The notes below the pieces were generated by a model. The model had not been told where the DNA came from, searched no databases, and worked only from the letters and a program-made list of their open reading frames with translations. Of a DNA stretch of 53,051 nt, positions 45,243 through 53,051 are shown in pieces (position 1 is the stretch's first letter; each line of letters opens with the position of its first letter). A program made the translations under genes and the position numbers. The stretch spans positions 1-53,051 of the IMG/VR virus record IMGVR_UViG_3300047278_000016. One strand, 5' to 3'. The stretch is from a virus. Lineage: Duplodnaviria; Caudoviricetes.

Positions 45243-46232
45243 ATGGCAGCAACGACGACTCTTTTGGGCTTAGTCACCCCCACACAGGGAACGCTCTCTG
45301 GTACGTGGGGCGACACAGTCAACTACGGTATTACCGACTACGTGGATATTGCTATTGCGGGCACGTTAAGTTTTGCCGGTGATGGCGCTATTACTCTGGC
45401 AAATACCACGGGTAGTGCATCAGGAAACGGACTAACTACCACGACAGCCCAGTACATGGTAATTCGTGTTACAGGTACGCTGACGACTACAAAAATTATT
45501 ACTGGCCCAAGTTACAGCAAACTGTACATGGTGGATCACGCAGGCGCTACCAGCGCAGTGACCTTTAAAGCTGCCGGGCAAACAGGCGTAACAATTGCTG
45601 TGGGTGAAAAAGCGTTTGTGTATTACAACGGTACGGATTATGTCAAAGTATCTAGCATTAGTTCAACGGGTATTCTTAGCCCCGTTGGTGGCGGTACAGG
45701 CGTAGCAAACAATGCGGCAAGCACGCTGACTATCTCCGGGGCTTTTGCAACAACGCTAACTGTTTCTGGAACTACGGGCATAACACTTCCCACAACGGGA
45801 ACTCTAAGCACTTTGGCGGGTACAGAGACTCTATCCAACAAGACTCTAACAGCCCCCGCACTAGGTACTCCTGCAAGCGGCACACTCTCAGCTTGTACAG
45901 TAGACGGCACAAACAAGGTTGGCTATCTCAACATTCCACTATCAGGTACTAAAACAACAAGTTATACGCTTGTTGTGGGTGACGTTGGTAAGTTTGTTAT
46001 CCTTGGAACAAGTGGAACAGTCGTAGTCCCAGCAAGTATTTTTGCTGTAGGCGATGCAATTTCTGTTGCTAATAATACGGCTGCGGCTATTACTTGTACT
46101 TCATCGGCAGTTACGGCTTATCTTGGCGGTACAAATACCGTAGTGACTTCTTTTTCATTAGCATCAAGAGGTGTTTGCACTATTCTTTATGTAACCGCTT
46201 CTGTTGTCTTTATTACAGGAAACGTGTCATGA
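45243..46232 (+). CDS. Tail fibre protein
   Basis: SGTWG.TVN N-terminus; GGTG; TETLSNKTLTAP; Thr/Gly-rich. Confidence 0.65.
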   Translation: MAATTTLLGLVTPTQGTLSGTWGDTVNYGITDYVDIAIAGTLSFAGDGAITLANTTGSASGNGLTTTTAQYMVIRVTGTLTTTKIITGPSYSKLYMVDHAGATSAVTFKAAGQTGVTIAVGEKAFVYYNGTDYVKVSSISSTGILSPVGGGTGVANNAASTLTISGAFATTLTVSGTTGITLPTTGTLSTLAGTETLSNKTLTAPALGTPASGTLSACTVDGTNKVGYLNIPLSGTKTTSYTLVVGDVGKFVILGTSGTVVVPASIFAVGDAISVANNTAAAITCTSSAVTAYLGGTNTVVTSFSLASRGVCTILYVTASVVFITGNVS

Positions 46233-47698
46233 GTGGAATGATGCTGGCCTTTGCTGGTGGTAGCTACGGTGCTGCCCCAGTCAACACTGTGGCTCCGGTA
46301 GTCTCAGGTACGGCCACCGTTGGACAAACTCTTTCAACTACAAACGGTACTTGGCTGGGCGCACCAGCGCCAACATTCACATATCAGTGGCAACGCACGG
46401 GATCAAACATTAGCGGCGCAACTTCAAGTACATACGTACTCGTTGCAGCAGATTACGCCAATACAATTCGCTGCGTTGTAACAGCTACCAATTCAATTGC
46501 ACCTGCGGGTGTTTCGGCTAATTCTAACTCTACAGCTTCTGTAGCGGGTAATGCCCCTGTGAATACCGTTGCTCCAGCAGTTACAGGTACGGCCACTGTT
46601 GGTCAGACTTTAAGTTCAACTACAGGTACTTGGACGGGTGTTCCAACACCTACATTTGCGTATCAATGGCAACGTGTAACTACCAATATCAGTGGGGCAA
46701 CTTCTAGTACTTATGTGCTGGTTAACGCCGATGCTGCTAGTACAATCCGCTGTGTTGTAACTGCGACTAACGCAGTATCCGCCGTAAGTGCAAACTCAAA
46801 CTCGACCGCTTCTGTAGCGGCAATTGCTCCCGGCGCACCAACAATTGGTACTGCTACATCAACGGGTTCTTCTACAGCAACTGTGGCATACACAGCGCCA
46901 GCAAGCAATGGTGGAGCTACGATTACGGTTTACACAGCAACATCTTCGCCAAGTAGTATTACGGGCACACTAAGCCAAGCAGGTTCTGGGACTATTACTG
47001 TGTCTGGTTTGGCGGCAGGTACAGCATATACATTTACTGTTACAGCAACTAATTCTGCGGGTACAAGTGCGGCAAGTGCGGCAAGTAACAGCATAACTAC
47101 ATTACCGGCTATTGGTTCTTCATACGGAGGCGGTTACTTTGCGGGTCAAATTTCAACCTCCGGTAACGGAATTGCTAACTTTAACCTTGTTATTGGCCCT
47201 TTAGCTTCAGCTAACAATAACAACAAGCAATGGAAAACATCTGACACTACTACGGCAGGTACATCCTCCAATATTGACGGCCCCGGTAATAGTGCAACCA
47301 TGAACAACGCAAGTCATCCAGCGGCGCAATTCTGTGAGGGGTTATCTGTTGGTGGCTTTACCGACTGGTATATGCCAGCTAAAAATGAGTTGGAAGTCTG
47401 CTATTACAACTTAAAGCCCACGACACAGAATAACAATACTGCATCTGGAATAAATGCAAATGCTGTGCCTGCAAGGGCAAGTAACTACACTTCTGGAAGC
47501 CCAGCGCGAACCTCCGTTGCTATCTTTCAACAAGGTGGAGCAGAAGCGTTTCCGGATAACCCTTCTTACTGGGCTAGTACTCAGAACCCTTCGTATGCGA
47601 CGCGTGGAATGGTACAGTATTTTAGTGACGGTAATCAACTTGGCCGCTATAAGACGGGCTACTACCGTGTTAGAGCAGTTCGCAGGGTTGCGGTATAA
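46229..47698 (+). CDS. Receptor-binding/tail protein: two Ig-like repeats + FN3 + C-terminal DUF1566/Lcl-like domain
   Basis: Two APVNTVAP..GTATVGQTLS..GTW..YQWQR repeats; FN3 (PGAPT...YTFTVTATN); GFTDWYMPAKNEL...YWAST...VRAVRR; start MSGMML. Confidence 0.75.
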   Translation: MSGMMLAFAGGSYGAAPVNTVAPVVSGTATVGQTLSTTNGTWLGAPAPTFTYQWQRTGSNISGATSSTYVLVAADYANTIRCVVTATNSIAPAGVSANSNSTASVAGNAPVNTVAPAVTGTATVGQTLSSTTGTWTGVPTPTFAYQWQRVTTNISGATSSTYVLVNADAASTIRCVVTATNAVSAVSANSNSTASVAAIAPGAPTIGTATSTGSSTATVAYTAPASNGGATITVYTATSSPSSITGTLSQAGSGTITVSGLAAGTAYTFTVTATNSAGTSAASAASNSITTLPAIGSSYGGGYFAGQISTSGNGIANFNLVIGPLASANNNNKQWKTSDTTTAGTSSNIDGPGNSATMNNASHPAAQFCEGLSVGGFTDWYMPAKNELEVCYYNLKPTTQNNNTASGINANAVPARASNYTSGSPARTSVAIFQQGGAEAFPDNPSYWASTQNPSYATRGMVQYFSDGNQLGRYKTGYYRVRAVRRVAV

Positions 47699-47707
47699 GG
47701 AAGCAAT

Positions 47708-48136
47708 ATGAAATATATTTGTGTAACCGAAGTAGACGCAGTAACTAAAATACCTTGCACTATTGAACCCCAACGCACAGGCCCGTCAATGCCCGATGTA
47801 AAAGGTTGGGTTTATATATGGAGCAACAGTTCTGTTTGGCCTGTTGAGGTCGCACCTAATGGCACATACCTTCGCGCACCTAAATATTACGGTACTTGCG
47901 ATGATGATGCTGACATTACTATTGCGGGCGTTTTACAGGTGTTGACAGAAGAAGATTACACAACAGCTAAAATTGCCGAGCACGAAGCCCGTAGACCTTA
48001 CCCATCTTGGGTTGGCTACTTGGACACAATGACTTGGGCAGCACCTGTAGCAAGGCCAGCAGATGCTGTTATGAATGGTGGGAATGTGCGTTATAAATGG
48101 GATGAAACCGCAGTTAATTGGATTCCAATGGTATGA
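47708..48136 (+). CDS. Tail fibre-associated protein
   Basis: RPYPSW...W.APV.RP...YKWDE...W motif. Confidence 0.55.
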   Translation: MKYICVTEVDAVTKIPCTIEPQRTGPSMPDVKGWVYIWSNSSVWPVEVAPNGTYLRAPKYYGTCDDDADITIAGVLQVLTEEDYTTAKIAEHEARRPYPSWVGYLDTMTWAAPVARPADAVMNGGNVRYKWDETAVNWIPMV

Positions 48137-48954
48137 AAGAGTTTTTCTTTATCTCAGGTTTACCAAGATCAGGATCAACCCTACTCTCAGCAATCCTGCG
48201 ACAGAACCCTGAGTTTTACGCCGACATTTCATCCCCCGTCCAAGGCTTGGTGGCATCAACCATTAACGTTATTACGGGCAGTGAGAGTAACCACCTGATT
48301 GATGAAGGTCGACGCAAACACATCCTTAAGTCTATTTTTAATGCGTTTTACGAAGCCGTTGAACCGACTACTGTGTTTGACACAAGCCGAGGTTGGACAG
48401 CTAAGACATCGCTTCTAAAAGACCTGTACCCACAGACCAAGATCATCTGCTGTGTGCGTGATCTGCCTTGGATACTGGACAGTTTTGAGCGCATTTCGGC
48501 TAAGAATTCTTTGTATGGCGCGACCCTGACAGATGATGAAGCGCGGCAAACAGTTACAACAAGATGCGATGCCTTGATGGATGTCAAAAAAGAAGGCCAA
48601 GTAGTCAAGCCCTACTATTTCTTAGAAGAAGGCTTGTTGTTAAACCCCGACATGATTATGTTGGTTGAGTACGAATCTTTGTGCAAACAGCCTGAGAGCG
48701 TAATGCGGGAACTGTACGGATTTATCAACAAGCCCTATTACGATCATGATTTTAAAAATGTTGAGTACGATAATGAAGTGTTTGACAAAGCGTTGAACAT
48801 GAAGAGCCTGCACACGGTCAGGAAAGAAGTTACATGGCAAGAACGCCCGTCCATCTTACCCAAATCGGTTTGGGAAAAATACAGCGGTAAAGAGTTCTGG
48901 CGCATACCAGCACCAGAGTTTTCAATAAAACAACTTTACAAGGTTAAGGGATGA
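48133..48954 (+). CDS. Sulfotransferase family protein
   Basis: SGLPRSGSTLL (5'-PSB loop), KIICCVRD....LDS (3'-PB), VEYESL..QP. Confidence 0.85.
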   Translation: MKEFFFISGLPRSGSTLLSAILRQNPEFYADISSPVQGLVASTINVITGSESNHLIDEGRRKHILKSIFNAFYEAVEPTTVFDTSRGWTAKTSLLKDLYPQTKIICCVRDLPWILDSFERISAKNSLYGATLTDDEARQTVTTRCDALMDVKKEGQVVKPYYFLEEGLLLNPDMIMLVEYESLCKQPESVMRELYGFINKPYYDHDFKNVEYDNEVFDKALNMKSLHTVRKEVTWQERPSILPKSVWEKYSGKEFWRIPAPEFSIKQLYKVKG

Positions 48955-49739
48955 AACGCATATTGATTATGGGCTTGCCCGGCGCTGGTAAAACTTACCT
49001 TGCACAACACGTTCTTGAGCATTTGCAAAACAACCGCAAAACAGTTATGTGGCTTAACGCTGATGATGTGCGTAAGAAATACAACGACTGGGACTTTTCC
49101 CATGAAGGCCGTATTCGCCAGAGTTTGCGTATGCGTGAGTTGGCTGACAGCTACGATGTAGATTATGTGATCTGTGACTTCGTTGCCCCGTTGGTTGAGA
49201 TGCGCAACAACTTTAAAGCTGATTGGACTGTCTGGGTTGACACCATTAACCAAGGCCGATTTGAAGACACTAACAAGGTGTTTGTCGCTCCAGAGCAGTA
49301 CGACTTTAGGGTTACTGAGCAAAAAGCTGAGAAGTGGGGTGAGTTTATTGCCGCGCACATCTTGGACAATCGCCAACGCCCTGTATTTGATTGGCAAAAA
49401 GAGACCGTGCAGATGCTTGGCAGATGGCAACCTTGGCATGAAGGCCACCGTAAGTTGTTTGAAAGAGCCTTGGCTAAGACTGGTCAAGTTGTAATTCAGA
49501 TTAGAGATTGCCAAGGCTGGAATGGTTCTAACCCCTTTGCGGCTAATCAAGTAAAAGACTTTATTAAGCGTGATCTTGACCCCTTATATCAAGGTCAGTA
49601 CGAGATTCAGCTTGTGCCTAATGTAGTTAATATTACCTATGGTCGGGATGTAGGTTACAAAATTGAGCAAGAGTCTTTTGACGATGCCACACACGCAATC
49701 TCTGCAACCAAGATACGCAAACAAATGGGCGTAGGTTAA
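48951..49739 (+). CDS. Adenylylsulfate-kinase-like domain fused to an HxGH nucleotidyltransferase domain
   Basis: MGLPGAGKT P-loop, LNADDVR, DFS.EGR, FVAP; then GRWQPWHEGH, NPF and ISATKIR. Confidence 0.8.
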   Translation: MKRILIMGLPGAGKTYLAQHVLEHLQNNRKTVMWLNADDVRKKYNDWDFSHEGRIRQSLRMRELADSYDVDYVICDFVAPLVEMRNNFKADWTVWVDTINQGRFEDTNKVFVAPEQYDFRVTEQKAEKWGEFIAAHILDNRQRPVFDWQKETVQMLGRWQPWHEGHRKLFERALAKTGQVVIQIRDCQGWNGSNPFAANQVKDFIKRDLDPLYQGQYEIQLVPNVVNITYGRDVGYKIEQESFDDATHAISATKIRKQMGVG

Positions 49740-49746
49740 AACATGT

Positions 49747-50037
49747 ATGCGATGGCTCCTTCTGCTACTGTTGCTGTTGGGGCTAGTTGGAGCCGTAGCC
49801 AAGAATGGCTGTCATGTGCGCGAGTTCTATGGAATAGCCTACACAGTTCACAACCCGACCGAGCGACACCAAGAGATGGTAGCGTGGCTAGACAGAAATG
49901 CGCCCTACTGCAAGTCAACCGAATACATGGTGATCTGGAACAATCTGTCCGAATGGGCGGGTACGGCAGACTCCACATGGCTTAGAGCAAAAATAGTTCA
50001 TGGATACAAGGATGCACTTGAGAGGGAGAAGAAATGA
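49747..50037 (+). CDS. Secreted/membrane-anchored hypothetical protein
   Basis: MRWLLLLLLLLGLVGAVA signal-like N-terminus. Confidence 0.65.
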   Translation: MRWLLLLLLLLGLVGAVAKNGCHVREFYGIAYTVHNPTERHQEMVAWLDRNAPYCKSTEYMVIWNNLSEWAGTADSTWLRAKIVHGYKDALEREKK

Positions 50038-50270
50038 TAGAAACCATCAGATTATTTCCAACCGTTCAGGCATCTGGGTATCCAGACAAGCATGACCTTG
50101 CCCAAGCTAAACTAGAGAAACAGCACGAAGTTAACAAGACCCTTGAGGTAGCCAAGCAAAAGCAGACGGCATTGCAAGACATAGGGTTTGAAATTTATTG
50201 TAAGAAGGTGGTTCAAGAGCGGCTCCGTATGGAGATATTCACAAACCGTAAGCTGGATATTTATGTATGA
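50034..50270 (+). CDS. Hypothetical protein
   Basis: ATGA overlaps on both sides. Confidence 0.6.
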   Translation: MIETIRLFPTVQASGYPDKHDLAQAKLEKQHEVNKTLEVAKQKQTALQDIGFEIYCKKVVQERLRMEIFTNRKLDIYV

Positions 50271-50551
50271 CCAAGAAACCGATACCCAGAACGCCCCGCA
50301 AGCCAGTGCCGGACACCAAGGAAAAGCTGACGCTGTACGTCACGCTGATGGTAAGCACGACATTGTGCATCTCTGTTTTGGCTATGGTGGTCAGCTTTAT
50401 GCTTGGCCTTTGGGCCAAGGAAGTGGACAACGCAGAAATCTTCAAGATGATTTCACCCGCTTTTTCTACACTTATCGGCGGCATGATTGGGTTCCTGAGT
50501 GGTATCAAACTCATGCAGAATGATGAAAAATCTAAATCTTGTAAGGACTGA
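50267..50551 (+). CDS. Two-TM membrane protein (holin-like)
   Basis: Two hydrophobic helices; lysis region. Confidence 0.55.
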   Translation: MTKKPIPRTPRKPVPDTKEKLTLYVTLMVSTTLCISVLAMVVSFMLGLWAKEVDNAEIFKMISPAFSTLIGGMIGFLSGIKLMQNDEKSKSCKD

Positions 50552-50553
50552 CT

Positions 50554-51048
50554 ATGTTTGATGTATTAAGTGGTGGTATTCTAGGCTCCATCTTTGGTGG
50601 TCTGTTCCGTATGGCCCCCGAGGTGCTGAAGTTCTTTGATAAGAAGAATGAGCGCCAGCATGAACTATTGATGTTTACACGCCAATGTGAACTAGAGACA
50701 CTGCGCGGTCAGCAGAAGTTGGCTGAGATTGGCGCACAACGGGAAGCCGCTATTGACGTAGGTGTAATGGATGCGTTTCAGTCTGCCATAGAACAACAAG
50801 CCACAATGGTCAAGGCCGCTGGTGGTTGGGCGGCTAGTCTATCCGCTTCTGTCAGGCCAGTCGTAACTTACTGGGTGCTGTTTGTGTGGAGCTTTATCCA
50901 CGTATGGTTTGCATGGAACGCATGGATCACTGGCGCTCCTCCCGTAGAAGTATTTAAGATAATGATGTCACCAGACTTCTCAGCTTTGCTTGCTGGGACA
51001 ATTAACTTCTGGTTCCTTGATCGTACATTGGCTAAGAGGGGTCTGTAA
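50554..51048 (+). CDS. Putative holin (3TM/GTA-type)
   Basis: ASVRPVVTY, TM helices, FWFLDR.L.K end; upstream of lysozyme. Confidence 0.6.
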   Translation: MFDVLSGGILGSIFGGLFRMAPEVLKFFDKKNERQHELLMFTRQCELETLRGQQKLAEIGAQREAAIDVGVMDAFQSAIEQQATMVKAAGGWAASLSASVRPVVTYWVLFVWSFIHVWFAWNAWITGAPPVEVFKIMMSPDFSALLAGTINFWFLDRTLAKRGL

Positions 51049-51342
51049 ATGACCAAAGATGAAATCATTGAGATGGCTAAACAGGCGGGCTATTCAGTTG
51101 ACACGTTTGGATTTGGGATATGGGATTCAGCAGAGTTCAATCGCTTTGCCAAGCTAATAGCAGAGCATGAGCGTGACAAATTAATTGATGCCGCAATGAA
51201 AGCGGCTGAGAAAGGAATTGATACAGCAATAGCTCTTGAGCGTGAAGCGTGTGCGCAAATGCTAGAAGCGGCTTCAAAAACAGGAAAAATAATAAGTTGT
51301 ACAAGCGCGGCTGAAGCCATCCGAGCAAGGGGACAGGCATGA
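51049..51342 (+). CDS. Hypothetical protein (EREACA type), apparently inserted
   Basis: MTKDEIIEMAKQAG...EREACA...AIRARGQ. Confidence 0.7.
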   Translation: MTKDEIIEMAKQAGYSVDTFGFGIWDSAEFNRFAKLIAEHERDKLIDAAMKAAEKGIDTAIALEREACAQMLEAASKTGKIISCTSAAEAIRARGQA

Positions 51343-51557
51343 AACTAATCGCATGGTACGACCCAACTAACGGCATGGTAAGTACAGACAAAGACAGCCC
51401 CCTGTTTACACCGCTTGGTCAGGTGTTGCCTTTATATCCACAGCGTACATGGGTAGGGCTAACGGATGCGGATCGGCTGGAATTAGCAGAGGCTCAACAT
51501 GGTTGGGAAGACTTGCTTATTGCGGCAGAAACCAAACTCAAAGAAAAAAACGCATGA
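51339..51557 (+). CDS. Small protein with WxGLTD...KLKEKN module
   Basis: PLYPQRTWVGLTDAD...AETKLKEKNA. Confidence 0.7.
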   Translation: MKLIAWYDPTNGMVSTDKDSPLFTPLGQVLPLYPQRTWVGLTDADRLELAEAQHGWEDLLIAAETKLKEKNA

Positions 51558-51997
51558 ACCTAGAACTAGCCGCAGAGATGTGCAAACGGTTTGAGGGCTT
51601 TCGCTCCAAGCCGTATTTGTGTCCTGCCAACGTAGCCACAATCGGCTATGGTTCTACCTATTACGCTGACAAGCGCAAGGTGACTTTGGAAGATACACCA
51701 ATGAGTCAGGAAGAAGCCCATGCGCTTTTGATGATTGAGCTTGAGCATACGTACCTGCCCGGTGTTCTGCGTAACTGCCCCGGCTTAATTCTGGACGAAC
51801 GCAGGTGTAACGCCATCGTGGATTTTGCCTACAATTTGGGCACTGGACGCTTGCAAACATCTACGTTAAAGAGGAAAATCAACGCTAATGATTGGGAAGG
51901 CGCAAAAGAACAACTGATGCTCTGGACTAAAGGCGGCGGTAAGGTACTGCCGGGTCTGTTAAAACGCCGTACTGCTGAGTGCGCACTGCTGGACTAA
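51554..51997 (+). CDS. Lysozyme (GH24 endolysin)
   Basis: FEG..PYLCPA.V.TIGYG; FAYNLG; GLLKRRTAE; start MNLELAA. Confidence 0.92.
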   Translation: MNLELAAEMCKRFEGFRSKPYLCPANVATIGYGSTYYADKRKVTLEDTPMSQEEAHALLMIELEHTYLPGVLRNCPGLILDERRCNAIVDFAYNLGTGRLQTSTLKRKINANDWEGAKEQLMLWTKGGGKVLPGLLKRRTAECALLD

Positions 51998-51999
51998 AA

Positions 52000-53051
52000 A
52001 TGCCATTACAGAAGATACTGTTCAAGCCGGGCGTGAATAAAGAGAACACGCGATACACCACTGAGGGTGGCTGGTATGAGGCCGACAAGGTGCGCTTTCG
52101 TCAGGGTAATCCCGAAGTAATTGGCGGCTGGCAACCTTACTCTGCGGCTACGTACCAAGGCGTATGCCGTTCATTGTGGAATTGGGTGACGCTGGGTGGC
52201 GATAATCTGATTGGTGTTGGCACAAACCTTAAGTTTTATCTTAACCAAGGCGGGCTTTACTACGACATTACGCCTATCCGGTCTACAACTGCGGCTGGCG
52301 ATGTAACGTTTGTTGGCAACGGCACAACTACGGTAACTGTTACAGATACAAACAATGGTTGCGTAACGGGCGACTTTGTCACCTTCTCTGGGGCTACTGG
52401 CACATACGCTACGACCCTTAATGCACAGTTTCAAGTTACCGTCTTAACAGCTAATACGTACACAATCTCAACCTCGCCTACTGTGGTTGCGGTTGGTGCT
52501 ACGGGCGGTTCTTCTGTTGTTGGCACGTACCAGATCAATGTTGGCCCCGCTATTCCTTCTCCTCTTGTGGGTTGGGGCGCTGGTACTTGGGGCAGTCCTC
52601 CCCCTGCATCTGGAACTATTGGCACATGGGGTTACGGCACGACTTCTACATCCGCGCTTCGCTTGTGGAACCAGATTAACTACGGCCAAGATTTAGTGTA
52701 CGGCCCACGTACAGGGTCTATTTATTATTGGAATGCGACCAACACTATAAATACCCGTGGGGTACTGCTTAATTCTTTGGGCGGTAATGTAACGTTTACT
52801 AACGCTTCGCCGACTGTGGTGACTTCCACCATACTTTATACCGAAGGCGCGGCGCTTCAATTTGCGGCCACCACATCTTTACCTACAGGCATTAGTGCGG
52901 CAACAACTTACTACGTATTTGAAGTTAATGGGTTGACATTCAAACTTTTAGACAGCGCAGGTGCGGTAGTCAATACGTCTTCTACAGGCACAGGGGTGTA
53001 TGTGTCTTTGATTGTGGACGTGCCCGTAGTTCAAAACAACATGACGGTGTC
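52000..53051 (+). CDS. Tail/DNA-stabilisation structural protein, 3'-truncated
   Basis: MPLQKILFKPGVNKENTRY..EGGWY..DKVRFR.G.PE.IGGW; frame appears open to the window end. Confidence 0.7.
   Translation, partial: MPLQKILFKPGVNKENTRYTTEGGWYEADKVRFRQGNPEVIGGWQPYSAATYQGVCRSLWNWVTLGGDNLIGVGTNLKFYLNQGGLYYDITPIRSTTAAGDVTFVGNGTTTVTVTDTNNGCVTGDFVTFSGATGTYATTLNAQFQVTVLTANTYTISTSPTVVAVGATGGSSVVGTYQINVGPAIPSPLVGWGAGTWGSPPPASGTIGTWGYGTTSTSALRLWNQINYGQDLVYGPRTGSIYYWNATNTINTRGVLLNSLGGNVTFTNASPTVVTSTILYTEGAALQFAATTSLPTGISAATTYYVFEVNGLTFKLLDSAGAVVNTSSTGTGVYVSLIVDVPVVQNNMTV

Noticed and set aside
46229-47698. Complete diversity-generating retroelement
   Set aside because: No reverse transcriptase, Avd or template repeat found in the window.
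1-53051. Alternative genetic code or lysogeny module
   Set aside because: Genes are intact under the standard code, and no integrase, excisionase or att-like context was recognised.

Overview
The whole window is tailed dsDNA phage (Caudoviricetes) sequence with podovirus-like virion genes; no host genes, integrase, rRNA or CRISPR array were recognised. It has two divergent arms. The leftward arm (minus strand, ~28.2 kb down to 5.7 kb) carries many small early genes, a MoxR-type AAA ATPase/vWA-metallopeptidase cassette, and a replication module: VRR-NUC, family A DNA polymerase, PD-(D/E)XK exonuclease, HNH-like protein, SNF2 helicase, SSB-like protein and DUF927-type primase-helicase. The rightward arm (plus strand, 28.6 kb to the end) carries terminase, portal, GroES-like protein, scaffold, major capsid protein, small basic head proteins, adaptor and tail fibre genes, a sulfotransferase plus APS-kinase/nucleotidyltransferase pair, holin(s), lysozyme and a truncated tail protein. 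A giant virion/ejection-type gene runs in from the left edge. The most notable observations are: (i) about 20 copies of a 14-bp palindrome CTAACA-WW-TGTTAG, confined to the early region and often carrying gene stop/start codons; (ii) an early protein whose N-terminus resembles that of the phage's own major capsid protein; (iii) a possible self-contained PAPS-synthesis and sulfation module beside the tail fibres; (iv) several promoter-anchored structured RNA candidates (an anti-Shine-Dalgarno sRNA, a tRNA-like leader and a pseudoknotted leader). Product calls come from motif recognition by eye, not database searches.
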